From assembly GCA_030041735.1 (NCBI GenBank), contig JASIBA010000080.1, positions 1 through 39,746 on the forward strand: a DNA stretch of 39,746 nt. The letters run 5' to 3'. The position numbers were made by a program, and so were the translations under genes. How positions within the stretch are numbered: position 1 is the first letter of the stretch; each line of letters opens with the position of its first letter. Below, piece after piece: positions 16,738 to 26,605 of this stretch. The notes under the pieces were generated by a model, which saw only the letters and a list, made by a program, of their open reading frames with translations, was not told the origin of the DNA and made no database searches. Origin of the DNA: Thermoplasmata archaeon (GTDB lineage Archaea > Thermoplasmatota > Thermoplasmata > Lutacidiplasmatales > UBA184).

Positions 16738-18537
16738 TCACATCGTCTCGAGCCGGGGGACCCCCAGGAGATCGAGGGCGTTCCCGAGCCCCTGGCGGAT
16801 CGCGGCGACCAACGCGAGCCGGCTCGCCCGCTCGTCGCCGCTCCGCAGCACCGGGACGGCGTGGTAGAACCGGTTGAACTGATCGGCGAGTTCGTGGGCG
16901 TAGCCCGCGACGACGTGCGGGTGCCGGTTGCGGGCCGCGTGGGCCACCGAGCGCGGCAGCCGCGCGAGGACCCGGATCAGGGCCCGCTCCTCCGGATCCG
17001 CGAGGCGGGCCGCCTCGTACGGGAACGGACCGTCGGGCGTCCCGGACTTCCGGAGGACGCTCGAGGCCCGCGCGTACGAGTACTGGACGAACGGGCCGCT
17101 GCGGCCCTCGAACGAGAGCGCGTCGTCCCATCGGAAGACCACGGGCTTCTCGACCGCGACCCGCACGATGTGGAACCGCACAGCGCCGGTCGCGACCGCC
17201 TCCGCGATCCGGTCGACGTCCGCGTCCGCGAGGTCCTCGCGGCGCTTCAGGACCTCGCCGCGCGCGCGTTCCACGGCCTCCGCGAGGAGCCCGTCGAGCC
17301 ACACGGCCGAGCCCCCGCGCGTCGACATGCGGCCGCCCTCGGGCACCGTGATGTCCTGGTAGATGAGATAGGTCGGACGCCGCGGCTCCCCGATCTCGGC
17401 GAGGAGGGCGTCCAGCGTCCGGGCGTGCAGCTGATGGTCCTGACCGAGGACGTCGATCACGGTCGGGAACCGGGCGAACTTCTCGAGGTGGTAGGCGACG
17501 TCGCGCGTGACGTAGAGGCTGGTCCCGTTCCCCCGCTGGAAGATCACGCGCGACGACTCCTTCGGGAGCCCGTAGCTGGAGGTGTCGATCGCCCACGCGC
17601 CGTTCTCCTCCTGCACGGCGTGCGAGGCGGCCCGGAGCCGCTCCAGGACCCGATCCACCGATCCGTCCCGCAGGAGGTCGGATTCCCAGACGAACTCGTC
17701 GAACGTGATGCCCAGCCGGGCGAGCGACGCGAGCATCCCTCCGAGGATCTCCTGGACCAGGGCCCGGTGCTCCGGCGGGGGATGTCCGCTCTCGATCGCC
17801 TGGACGAGGGCGCCGACCTCGGCCTGGGCCTCCGCGCTCTCCTTCAGGAACGCGCTCGAGGGGGGGTACGCCCGCCCGCGGACCGCGTCGGGCTTCTCGC
17901 CGGGGACCTCGTGACCCTCGACCGCGCTCCGGACCGACGGAGGCCACTGCCCCCGGGGCTTCGTCCAGATCCACGTGATGAGGGCCGCCTGCCGCCCCAT
18001 GTCGTCCATGTAGTACTGGGTGGTCACCGGGAGCCCGGTCGCCCGATCGATCCGGGCCAGCGTATCGCCGATGACCGCGTTCCGGACCCGGCCGACGTGG
18101 AACGGCCCGGTGGCGTTCGCGCTGGTGTGCTCGATGCACGTCGGCGTCTGGGCGATCGCGGAGTGACCGTACCGGGTCCCGCGCCCGAGCGCAAGATCGA
18201 GCGTGCGGCGGGTGAGCGACTCCGACTCGGCCGTCGCGTTCACGTAGGCGCCCTGGGCGACGACCGCGGCGAGCTCGGGCGGGCGCGTCACCCGGCCCGC
18301 GATCTCGCGCGCCACTTCGTCGGGACGTCGGCGCAGCTGGGCGGCGGCCCGATGGACGGGGAACGCGAAGTCCCGCTCCGGACCGGCCGCGACCTCGACC
18401 AGAGCCTCGATCGCATCGGGCGACCACGAGATTCCGAGCTCCGCCAGCGGGGTCTCGAGCGTCCGGAGAAACGCCGACAGGAACGGGGCGATCGGATCGT
18501 CGTCCCCGGCGGCGTCGCCCGCGCCGTTCGCCGCCAT
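16738..18537 (-). CDS. argS: Arginine--tRNA ligase
   Basis: IEHTSANATGPFHVGRVRNAVIGD (HIGH), MSTRGG, VQYSYARASS and C-terminal GNALDLLGVPRLETM. Confidence 0.97.
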   Translation of the reverse strand: MAANGAGDAAGDDDPIAPFLSAFLRTLETPLAELGISWSPDAIEALVEVAAGPERDFAFPVHRAAAQLRRRPDEVAREIAGRVTRPPELAAVVAQGAYVNATAESESLTRRTLDLALGRGTRYGHSAIAQTPTCIEHTSANATGPFHVGRVRNAVIGDTLARIDRATGLPVTTQYYMDDMGRQAALITWIWTKPRGQWPPSVRSAVEGHEVPGEKPDAVRGRAYPPSSAFLKESAEAQAEVGALVQAIESGHPPPEHRALVQEILGGMLASLARLGITFDEFVWESDLLRDGSVDRVLERLRAASHAVQEENGAWAIDTSSYGLPKESSRVIFQRGNGTSLYVTRDVAYHLEKFARFPTVIDVLGQDHQLHARTLDALLAEIGEPRRPTYLIYQDITVPEGGRMSTRGGSAVWLDGLLAEAVERARGEVLKRREDLADADVDRIAEAVATGAVRFHIVRVAVEKPVVFRWDDALSFEGRSGPFVQYSYARASSVLRKSGTPDGPFPYEAARLADPEERALIRVLARLPRSVAHAARNRHPHVVAGYAHELADQFNRFYHAVPVLRSGDERASRLALVAAIRQGLGNALDLLGVPRLETM

Positions 18538-18585
18538 CACCGTTCGGGAAGCGCTTTAGCGGCGGGTCCATCATAACGGTTCCGA

Positions 18586-19488
18586 ATGCCGGCGCAGATC
18601 CTGGTGCGCTACGGCGAGCTCGCGCTCAAGTCGGCCCCCGTCCGGCGGGAGTTCGAGGGCGCCCTGCGCCGCAACATCCTGGACCAGTTCGTGCGCGCCG
18701 GGATCACCGGCCGTCTCCGGGCCGATCACGGCCACCTCTACGTCGAGGTCGACGACGGACCGGGCGCGGTCCGCGTGCTGCGCCGGGTCTTCGGCATCAC
18801 CTCGGTGAGCCTCGTGCACGAGGTGCCCAGCACCGTCGCGTCGATCACGGCCCGCCTCCTGGAGCTCGCGGACCCCCGGCTCGCGTCGGGCGCTTCGTTC
18901 GCCGTGCGGGCGCGGCGCACGGGCGGACCCCACCCGTTCACGAGTCAGGAGCTCGCCCGAGATCTCGGTGCCGCGGTCCTGGACCGCTTCCCGGACCGCG
19001 GTCTCCGGGTCGACCTCGAGCGGCCGGACGTCGAGCTCGCGGTCGAGGTGCGGGGGCCTCGGACCTACCTTTCGTTCGACCGGGCGGCCGGGCCGGGCGG
19101 CCTCCCGCTCGGCGTGGCGGGACGGCTGGTGGCGCTGGTCGACGGGCCCCGGGGCGCGCTGGGCGCGTTCCTGATGATGAAGCGAGGTTGTCGCGTGGGG
19201 CTCGTCGCGCTCCCCGACGGAGCCCGGTTGGCCCGAGAGGTCCTCGGGCGTTTCGACCCGGCGCTCCGCGTCGCCGACGCGTCGACCGACCCGGCGGCCT
19301 GGTCCCGGGCGCTCTCCACGCTCTCGGAGGAGTGCCGCGCCGAGGGCGTCGTGCTCCCCATCGCCGTCGACGAGTACCCCGCGGCCCGGGCTACTTGGGG
19401 GGAGCGCGTCCTTTTTTCGCCCACGGTCGGGTTCACGGACGCGGAGGTGGGCGAGCGCTGGCGGAACGCCGAGGAGCTCTCGCGATGA
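18586..19488 (+). CDS. ThiI-like THUMP-domain protein with degenerate PP-loop
   Basis: ILVRYGELALKS, THUMP SFAVRARR..VDLERPD and GPGGLPLG. The SGGxDS motif is replaced by DGPRGA before FLMMKRG. Confidence 0.85.
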   Translation: MPAQILVRYGELALKSAPVRREFEGALRRNILDQFVRAGITGRLRADHGHLYVEVDDGPGAVRVLRRVFGITSVSLVHEVPSTVASITARLLELADPRLASGASFAVRARRTGGPHPFTSQELARDLGAAVLDRFPDRGLRVDLERPDVELAVEVRGPRTYLSFDRAAGPGGLPLGVAGRLVALVDGPRGALGAFLMMKRGCRVGLVALPDGARLAREVLGRFDPALRVADASTDPAAWSRALSTLSEECRAEGVVLPIAVDEYPAARATWGERVLFSPTVGFTDAEVGERWRNAEELSR

Positions 19489-19760
19489 GCCAGCGGTCGC
19501 TCGACGAGGAGGATCCGCCCGAGGACGGATCGCCCGAGCCCGAGGACGAAGAGGAGGCGGAGCACACCGAAGAGGGATCCGGGCCGCCCGACGCTCCGGC
19601 TCCCCCACCGAGCGCGCGGCCCGCCCCCGACGTTCCGCGCGAGCTGCTCCAGGGGCCGTCGGACGCGGCCCTGCGCGAGCGGCAGCTCGCGTGGATGCAG
19701 GAACGAGCTCGGCACGAGGAGCGGCGTCGACCGGCCCCCGTCGCTGAAGGGAGCAAATAG
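19485..19760 (+). CDS. Hypothetical acidic, low-complexity protein
   Basis: ATGA overlap with the upstream stop; MSQRSLDEEDPPEDGSPEPEDEEE; ends 21 nt before the next gene. Confidence 0.6.
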   Translation: MSQRSLDEEDPPEDGSPEPEDEEEAEHTEEGSGPPDAPAPPPSARPAPDVPRELLQGPSDAALRERQLAWMQERARHEERRRPAPVAEGSK

Positions 19761-19781
19761 ACGGACCGCGCTCGCCGCGGC

Positions 19782-21779
19782 GTGGCCGATCCCGCCCCGC
19801 CCATCCTCGCGGCGCTCGCGGATGCCCTGATCCCCGGCGGCCCCGGGTTTCCCTCGGCGAGCGCCCGCGGCACGGACCGCGATGTCGCTGCCTTGATCGC
19901 GTCGCTCCCGCGCGGGCAGCGGGCGGAGCTCGCGCGCCTCCTGCGCGCGATCGATAGCCCCTTCGTGAACCTCCTCCTCGGCGGGACGCTGCGCGGCTTC
20001 TCGGCGCGCGATCCGGCGGGGCGCGCCGACTACCTGCGCGGGATGTCGGTCAGCCGGCTCGCGCTCAAGCGACGCGGCTTCCAGGCGATCAAGCGCCTCG
20101 TCACCTGGTCGTACTTTTCCTCGGTCGCCAACGGGACCAACCCCCTCTGGCCGGTGATCCACTACGCGCCCCGCGGGCCCGTGCCCGCGGGCGAGGCGGC
20201 CGGCCCGCCCCTCGCGGTCGTTCGCCCCGATCGCGACGCCGAGGTCGAGGCGGACATCTGCGTCGTGGGGAGCGGCGCGGGAGGGAGCGTGGTCGCCGAC
20301 CGAGCGAGCGCGGCCGGCTACCGCGTGGTCGTGCTCGAAGCCGGGGAGTTCCTCTCGCCCCGCGAGTTTCCCTCGACGGAGCGCGAGGGATTCGACCGGC
20401 TCTACGTCGGCCGGGGTCTGGTCTCGACCGGGGACGCCGCCATCGCTGTGCTGTCCGGGGCCGGGGTCGGCGGCGGCACCTCGATCAACTGGATGACCTG
20501 CCTGCCGCCCCGGGCCGAGGCACGGGCCGAGTGGAACGCCGTGGCGGGAGTGGGCGGTCCGGGGGACGCGGAGTTCGATCGTTCGCTCGCCGAGGCGGGG
20601 CGCCGGCTCTCGGTCTCGACCGCCGAAAGCCATGGGAGCGCGGCGAACGACGTGCTGCGTCGGGGCGCGGTAGCTCTCGGGTACCTGGAGGGCGCCGACT
20701 GGCAGACGGTCCCGCGCAACGCCGTGGGATGCGGGGCTCGCTGCGGCTTCTGCGGGTTCGGCTGCGCGTACGACGCCCGACGATCGACGGTCGGGACCTA
20801 CCTCACCACGGCGGTCGGCCGCGGCGTCCGGATCTATCCCTCGACCCGGGCCGATCGGGTCGAGATCGCGGGCGGCCGGGTGCGGGGCGTGCGCGCCACC
20901 TATCGCGCCCCGAGCGCGTCGTTCGCCCTCACGGTGCGGACCCCCACCGTCGTGCTGGCCGCCGGAGCGCTGCAAACGCCGCCCCTCTTGCTGGGGTCGG
21001 ACGTCCGACACCCGGGCGTGGGGCACGGCCTCCGTCTCGACCCGACGACGGCGCTGGCGGCCGAGTTCCCGACGCCGGTCCGGACGTGGGAGGGTCCGCC
21101 CCAGACGTTCGCGGTACGGCGATTCCAGACCCTCGACCCCGGGGCGCACGGCCCGTGGATCGAGTCATCCCCCGCCCACCCGGGGCTGTCCGCGCTGGCC
21201 GTGCCCTGGGCGGGCTGGAGCGACTATCTGCGCCTGATGCGTCGGCTGGAATTCGTCGCGACCCCGATCGTGCTGGTGCGCGACGCGGGCGAGGGCCGCG
21301 TATCCGCCGACAAGGACGGTCGCCCACGGATCGACTACCGCCTCACGTCGCGGGACCGGGCGAACCTCGTGCGCGGGGTCGAGGAGACGGCGCGCCTCAT
21401 GATCGCGGCCGGGGCGACCCGGCTGCTCTCGCTCCACACGCCGGCCGTCGAGGTCGGAGGCGAGGGACGCACGCTGGGTCCGTCCGACCTCGACCGGTTC
21501 GTCGCGGACGTGCGGTCGAAAGGGATCCGCGAGAACTCGGTGGCGCTGTTCTCCGCCCACCCGATGGGGTCGGCCCGGGCGGGGCCGGATCCCCGCACTT
21601 CCACCGCCGACCCGAGCGGCCGGGTCCACGGCGTGGCCGGGCTCTGGATCGCCGACGGGAGCCTGCTGCCCTCGGCGCCGGGCGCGAACCCGATGATGTC
21701 GATCCTCGCCTGGGCCGGGATCGTCGCCGATCGACTCGTCGCTGACCTGGCCGGTCGTACGCCCTCCCAAGCCGGCTGA
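19782..21779 (+). CDS. GMC family flavoprotein oxidoreductase (long-chain alcohol oxidase-like)
   Basis: VVGSGAGGSV, GAGVGGGTSIN, CGFCGFGC, FSAHPMGS and DGSLLPSAPGANPMMSI. Confidence 0.93.
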   Translation: MADPAPPILAALADALIPGGPGFPSASARGTDRDVAALIASLPRGQRAELARLLRAIDSPFVNLLLGGTLRGFSARDPAGRADYLRGMSVSRLALKRRGFQAIKRLVTWSYFSSVANGTNPLWPVIHYAPRGPVPAGEAAGPPLAVVRPDRDAEVEADICVVGSGAGGSVVADRASAAGYRVVVLEAGEFLSPREFPSTEREGFDRLYVGRGLVSTGDAAIAVLSGAGVGGGTSINWMTCLPPRAEARAEWNAVAGVGGPGDAEFDRSLAEAGRRLSVSTAESHGSAANDVLRRGAVALGYLEGADWQTVPRNAVGCGARCGFCGFGCAYDARRSTVGTYLTTAVGRGVRIYPSTRADRVEIAGGRVRGVRATYRAPSASFALTVRTPTVVLAAGALQTPPLLLGSDVRHPGVGHGLRLDPTTALAAEFPTPVRTWEGPPQTFAVRRFQTLDPGAHGPWIESSPAHPGLSALAVPWAGWSDYLRLMRRLEFVATPIVLVRDAGEGRVSADKDGRPRIDYRLTSRDRANLVRGVEETARLMIAAGATRLLSLHTPAVEVGGEGRTLGPSDLDRFVADVRSKGIRENSVALFSAHPMGSARAGPDPRTSTADPSGRVHGVAGLWIADGSLLPSAPGANPMMSILAWAGIVADRLVADLAGRTPSQAG

Positions 21780-21825
21780 GCAAGGTTAAGTGGCGGGCGG
21801 TGTGGCCGGCCCCCGGAGAGTCCGG

Positions 21826-22020
21826 ATGCCGACCTGGGTGGTCCGTGGTTCGTTCTACGCCCGACGGGACTACTGGCAGCCGTTCCGCAAGGAATGCGAG
21901 GCGGCGACCGACCCCGCGGCTCGGGAGTGGGTCCTCTCCGAGATCGGGAGCTGCCACCACGTCAAGCGCCGGCAGATCCGGATCGACGAGGTCGCCCCCG
22001 CACCCCCGCCCGCCGCGTAG
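21826..22020 (+). CDS. rpl18a: 50S ribosomal protein L18Ae/LX (eL20)
   Basis: WQPFRKECEA...AREWVLSEIGSCHHVKRRQIRIDEV; TATA-like gttaag at about 21785. Confidence 0.9.
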   Translation: MPTWVVRGSFYARRDYWQPFRKECEAATDPAAREWVLSEIGSCHHVKRRQIRIDEVAPAPPPAA

Positions 22021-22066
22021 CCCCGGCGGATCGTGGCGATCCGCGGCCGGCCGCGAGCGTCGCGCC

Positions 22067-23323
22067 TCAGTTCGCCGCGCGGACGTGCCAAGGCCGGCAC
22101 GTCGAGCAGTACCCTTCGGAGCTGGCGAGGAACGACGCGCCGAGACAGCGTCGGCAGAGCGCCTGATGGCACCCTGGGCAGAGCACCCATCCGCGGAAGC
22201 CCGAGAGGTGCCGGAGGCATCCCACGCACTCGTGCGAAGCCGAAGCACCCCGCGCGATCGTCGAGTTCGCGCGGCGGGCGGGTGCGGTTCCCCCGCGCGA
22301 CCCCGTGGAGGATCGAAGGTGCGGGGGGATCGGGTGGATCGTCTCCACGTACAGCGGGTCCCGGAGCGAGATCAAGGACGGAAGGATCCGGAATCGTCCC
22401 GACGGAGCCTCGACGCCGACGCGGTGGGCGCCCGCGGTCGGCGGGAGCGCCGGGCGAGCCGGGCCGAGGGTCACGGATATGGGGGCCGCCGGACCGATCG
22501 AGGGCGCCATGGCCTCCGATTCCAGCGAGAGCGCCGGGCGGGGGAACGGGATCGGGGAGAGCTCGGCGCTCGCGAGCGGGAGCGACGGAGCGATCGCGGC
22601 CTCGGGAGGGAACATCGCGTCGAGTTCCGCATCCGAGAACGGTATCCGTCGGCGAGCAGCGAGCCGGGCGCGCGCCTGGGACGACGCTCGCACGGCCGGT
22701 GCGGGGACGAATCGGGGAGCGGGCGAGAGCGGCGCGCTCGGAGGGGAGGACGATACGGGCACCAGCGCCGGCCCAACCGCGATCAGGAGGTCCCGGTCCC
22801 GCGCGGCGAAGGGGGAGTCGGCACCCCCGCGCGGGGGCACGTACGCCGTCTCGGGCACCGGGCCCGCCAGTGCGACGCCGAGGGGGGCCGATGGGGGTGA
22901 CTCCCACTGCTTCCATGCTCGATCTCCGGCGGCGGCCGACACGGCCGCGCGCCCGAGGCCGCTGTGCGGCATCGTTCCGTGGGCCGCGTGCGCCTCGGCG
23001 AGCGCCGAGAGCCGGCCGGGAAAGGGGCTCGGGAACGGATCGTGGTTCGGCAGGGGGTTCGCCGAGGCCGCGACCCGCGCCCGGCGGGTGAGTTGCCAGT
23101 GATGGAACGCGGCAGAGCTCGCCACCGCCGCGGCTCCCAGGCCGACCAGCGCCCAGGGGACGTAGGGGCGCGCGAGGGCGGACCGCCCGAACATCGCGAC
23201 GGCTCCCAGCGCCCCGGCCGCGGCCCCGACCACGGGCAGGAGGTAGCGGTGCGACGCGTGGGTGATCTGTTCCGATAGGCCCGCGGGGGGATCCCGGGCG
23301 CGGTCGTGCGCGGACGCTGTCAC
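22067..23323 (-). CDS. Hypothetical protein: two N-terminal TM segments, Pro-rich linker, C-terminal Cys8 zinc finger
   Basis: TM segments YLLPVVGAAAGALGAVAMF and WALVGLGAAAVASSAAF; C-terminal CVGC-x12-CPGC-x4-CRRC-x12-CSTC. GTG 23323 lies about 30 nt from a TTAAT box. Confidence 0.7.
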   Translation of the reverse strand: MTASAHDRARDPPAGLSEQITHASHRYLLPVVGAAAGALGAVAMFGRSALARPYVPWALVGLGAAAVASSAAFHHWQLTRRARVAASANPLPNHDPFPSPFPGRLSALAEAHAAHGTMPHSGLGRAAVSAAAGDRAWKQWESPPSAPLGVALAGPVPETAYVPPRGGADSPFAARDRDLLIAVGPALVPVSSSPPSAPLSPAPRFVPAPAVRASSQARARLAARRRIPFSDAELDAMFPPEAAIAPSLPLASAELSPIPFPRPALSLESEAMAPSIGPAAPISVTLGPARPALPPTAGAHRVGVEAPSGRFRILPSLISLRDPLYVETIHPIPPHLRSSTGSRGGTAPARRANSTIARGASASHECVGCLRHLSGFRGWVLCPGCHQALCRRCLGASFLASSEGYCSTCRPWHVRAAN

Positions 23324-23412
23324 AGCTCGCTGAGCGAGCCCGGGCCGGGGCGGATTAAGGTGTCGAATCATCGGCACGGCGGCGCGTCGCGGCGGAGCAT
23401 CGGCGGACCAGA

Positions 23413-23772
23413 TCAGGATGGGTCGGTCCGCCCGGCGGGCGGCGACGGCCCGGTCGCACCCTCGGCCGGGCGCGACCCGGCCCGGAAGGTCCGGAGCCAC
23501 GCGTCGATCGTGTCGAGCCCGTCGCCTCGGAGCGTCAGGCGGTGGACCCGACCCTCCACGACGGGAGAGACGAGCCCCGCCTCCTCGAGCACCTTCAGAT
23601 GCTTCGAGACGGCCGGCAGGCTCATCCGGAAGGGACGGGCGAGGTCGGTGACCCGAGCCGGTCCCGGGAGCAGGATCGCAAGGATGCGGCGCCGGGTCGG
23701 ATCCGCCCGCGCGTGGAAGACGCGGTCGAGCGCCTGGCCCGTCCCGCCCTGGGGCTCTCCTGCCCCGTTCAT
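23413..23772 (-). CDS. ArsR/SmtB family transcriptional regulator
   Basis: ADPTRRRILAIL..VTDLARPFRMSLPAVSKHLKVLEEAGLV..GRV. Confidence 0.9.
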   Translation of the reverse strand: MNGAGEPQGGTGQALDRVFHARADPTRRRILAILLPGPARVTDLARPFRMSLPAVSKHLKVLEEAGLVSPVVEGRVHRLTLRGDGLDTIDAWLRTFRAGSRPAEGATGPSPPAGRTDPS

Positions 23773-23848
23773 CCGATCGTCCGCCGACGGGTCGGCGGAC
23801 CGATTAAGCCCATGTCCCGAGGCCCAACGGAGGGGTGGGACGGGCTCC

Positions 23849-24610
23849 TCAGCCGAACCGACCGGTCACGTAATTCTCGGTCAGCTTTTCGCGGGGGGAC
23901 TCGAAGATGGTCGCCGTGGGTCCGAACTCCACCAGCTTGCCGAGATAGAAGAAGGCCGTGGACTCGGACACGCGCCGGGCCTGGAACAGGTTGTGGGTGA
24001 CCACGACGACCGTGAACCGGCCCTTCAGCGACTGGATCAGCGTCTCGATGCGGTGCGTGGCGATCGGATCGAGCGCCGAACACGGCTCGTCCATGAGCAG
24101 GACCTCGGGTTCGACGGCGAGCGCGCGCGCGATGCACAGGCGCTGCTGCTGCCCGCCCGAGAGGCCCTCGCCCGGCGCGTCGATCTTGTCCTCGACCTCC
24201 TCCCAGAGACCGGCGAGCATCAGCGCGCGCACGACCCCCTGGTCGAGCTCGTCGCGCCGTCGGACGCCCATGAGGCGGAGACCGGCGGCGACGTTGTCGT
24301 AGATCGAGGTGTGCGGGAACGGGCTCGGCTTCTGGAAGACCATCCCCACGCGGAAGCGGACCGTCACCGGGTCCTGCCGCATGAGGTCCTCCCCGTCGAG
24401 CAGGATCTGGCCCGAGGTGCGGGCCCGGGGCACTTCCTCGTGGAGACGGTTGAGACAACGCAGGAACGTCGACTTGCCGCATCCCGAGGGCCCCACGATC
24501 GCGGTGACCTGACCGGTCGGGATGTCGAGCGAGACGTCGTAGAGGGCCTGGCGCCGGCCGTACCAGGCGTTCAGACCCACCGCGCGGAGCTTCGCGGATT
24601 CTCCGGACAT
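23849..24610 (-). CDS. pstB: Phosphate ABC transporter ATPase
   Basis: [36 protein letters not shown] and C-terminal YVTGRFG. TGATG overlap with the upstream gene. Confidence 0.96.
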   Translation of the reverse strand: MSGESAKLRAVGLNAWYGRRQALYDVSLDIPTGQVTAIVGPSGCGKSTFLRCLNRLHEEVPRARTSGQILLDGEDLMRQDPVTVRFRVGMVFQKPSPFPHTSIYDNVAAGLRLMGVRRRDELDQGVVRALMLAGLWEEVEDKIDAPGEGLSGGQQQRLCIARALAVEPEVLLMDEPCSALDPIATHRIETLIQSLKGRFTVVVVTHNLFQARRVSESTAFFYLGKLVEFGPTATIFESPREKLTENYVTGRFG

Positions 24611-26568
24611 CAGCCGGTCGCCTCCGCCGCGTCGGCCCGCGCGGCGACCGCGAGGCGCGCCGAGAGCCCGATCACGAGCATGATGATCAGCAGGACGAGC
24701 GCCGCGCCCCACGCGGCCGCCTGAAGGTTCTGGTAGTTCGAGCCGAAGTTATCGAAGATGAACGGCGTGATCGCCGCGGTCTCCGTGTCCAGACTGTGGA
24801 AGTAGAAGCTGCTCCCGCCGGCGGTGAGCAGAAGGACGGCCGTATCGCCGGCGGCGCGCGACGCGGCGAGCAGGAGGCCGGTGACCAGGACCGCCCGCGA
24901 GGACTTGAGGGCGACCCGCAGCGTGACCCGATGACGCGGGAACCCGAGCGCGAGGGCCGACTCCCGCACCGCCGCCGGGACCGTGCCGAGCGCCTCCTCC
25001 GTCGCGCGTGCGGTGATCGGCAGCATCAGGACCCCGAGCCCGACCCCGCCCGAGAGGGCGCTGAGCGTGGCATCGTGGTCGGCGTAGAGGAAGAAGGTGA
25101 AGACGAAGACGCCGAGGATGATGGTCGGAACCCCCGTCATCACATCGGCGAGGAGGCTCACGACACGGGCGAGGCGGCCGCGACCGTACTCGGCGAGACA
25201 GATCCCGATCAGCAGGCCGCCGGGCATCGCGACCAGCGCGCCCAGCCCCAGCATGATCAGCGTCCCCTGGATCTCGGGGCCGATGCCTCCGACCTGGCAG
25301 GTGACGCCCGGATGCGGGTTGCAGCCGATCGGCGGGAGCGACGTGTAGAACGAAGGCTGGATCACGAGGCTGCCTCCCCGCTCGACCGCGGTCGCGATCA
25401 CGCTCGCGAACGGGGCCAGGGCGAGGAGGAGACAGAACGCGGTCAGGCCGACGACCGCCGCCTGCACGGCGCGACGGCGGCGGCGGCGCGACGCCGCTCG
25501 TTCGGCCGCGCGGGCCCGCCAGGGTTCGGGTCCCAGAGGATCGAGCTCCGCCGTCGGGAGCGACGGGGCCCGGGTCCGACGCGCGCGGAGCCGATCCCAC
25601 CACGAGCGATGGGGCGGGGCTCCGTCGTCGTCGGGGTTCCGACCGCGGCGCAGGAGCCAGCGCGCCACTCCGTTGATCGCGAAGGTGATGATGAGCAGGA
25701 TCAGCGCGAGCTCGAGCACGGCGCTCCGGTCGATGCCGGGGGTCGCATCGGGGAAGGTGTCGACGATCCAGCTCGCGAGCGTCGCGCCCTCGGAGAACAG
25801 CGAGTTGGGCAGGATGAAGATGTTGCCGATGACCATCGTCACGGCGATCGTCTCGCCGAGGGCGCGGCCCAGACCGAGGACCACGCCGGCGGTGATGCCG
25901 CCCCGCGCGGACTTGAGGACGCCGATCCGGGTCGCCTCCCACCGCGTCGCCCCGAGGCTCAGTGCCGACTCCCGATGGATGCGGGGGACCGCGAGGAGGG
26001 CCTCCCGAGAGAGGGCGGAGATCGTCGGCAGGATCATGATCGTGAGGACGAGCGTCGCGGTGAGGAGGTCGTACCCGATCGGGGTCGACGAGAACGGGAA
26101 GCGTCCGCCGCTCCAGCGCGCGAGCGCCGGCTCGACCGTGGTGCGCATCAGCGGGACCAGCACGATGTACGCCCAGAAGCCGTAGACGACGGACGGGATG
26201 GCCGCCGAGAGGTCGACCGCGTAGGCGAGCGGCCGCCGCACCCACCGCGGGGCGATCTCGGCGAGGAAGATCGCGACGCCCAGCGAGATCGGCACCGCGA
26301 ACAGCAGGGCGAGCCCGCTGGTGATCAGCGTGCCCGCGATCGCGGGCGCCGCCCCGTAGATGTTGTGGATCGGGTCCCAGGTCGTCCCGGTCAGGAAGCC
26401 GAAGCCGAAGGTCCGGATCGACTGCCAGGAGGCGTGCGCCAGCAGGTAGGCCAGGCCCGCGACCAGCGCGACGAAGGCGATCGTCGCGACGACCGCGAGC
26501 CCGAGGAACGTCCGCCCCAGCCAACGCAGGAGCGTCCAGCGACCGGCCCGGACCGACGTGCTACGCAC
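24610..26568 (-). CDS. pstC: Fused phosphate ABC permease PstC-PstA
   Basis: N-half has [21 protein letters not shown] and GRALGET; C-half has [15 protein letters not shown] and RAAGDTA. One uninterrupted 652-aa ORF. Confidence 0.92.
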   Translation of the reverse strand: MRSTSVRAGRWTLLRWLGRTFLGLAVVATIAFVALVAGLAYLLAHASWQSIRTFGFGFLTGTTWDPIHNIYGAAPAIAGTLITSGLALLFAVPISLGVAIFLAEIAPRWVRRPLAYAVDLSAAIPSVVYGFWAYIVLVPLMRTTVEPALARWSGGRFPFSSTPIGYDLLTATLVLTIMILPTISALSREALLAVPRIHRESALSLGATRWEATRIGVLKSARGGITAGVVLGLGRALGETIAVTMVIGNIFILPNSLFSEGATLASWIVDTFPDATPGIDRSAVLELALILLIITFAINGVARWLLRRGRNPDDDGAPPHRSWWDRLRARRTRAPSLPTAELDPLGPEPWRARAAERAASRRRRRRAVQAAVVGLTAFCLLLALAPFASVIATAVERGGSLVIQPSFYTSLPPIGCNPHPGVTCQVGGIGPEIQGTLIMLGLGALVAMPGGLLIGICLAEYGRGRLARVVSLLADVMTGVPTIILGVFVFTFFLYADHDATLSALSGGVGLGVLMLPITARATEEALGTVPAAVRESALALGFPRHRVTLRVALKSSRAVLVTGLLLAASRAAGDTAVLLLTAGGSSFYFHSLDTETAAITPFIFDNFGSNYQNLQAAAWGAALVLLIIMLVIGLSARLAVAARADAAEATG

Positions 26569-26605
26569 TCCGCTCGGGGCCGTCGCGACGGCCCATCCCC
26601 CCTAC

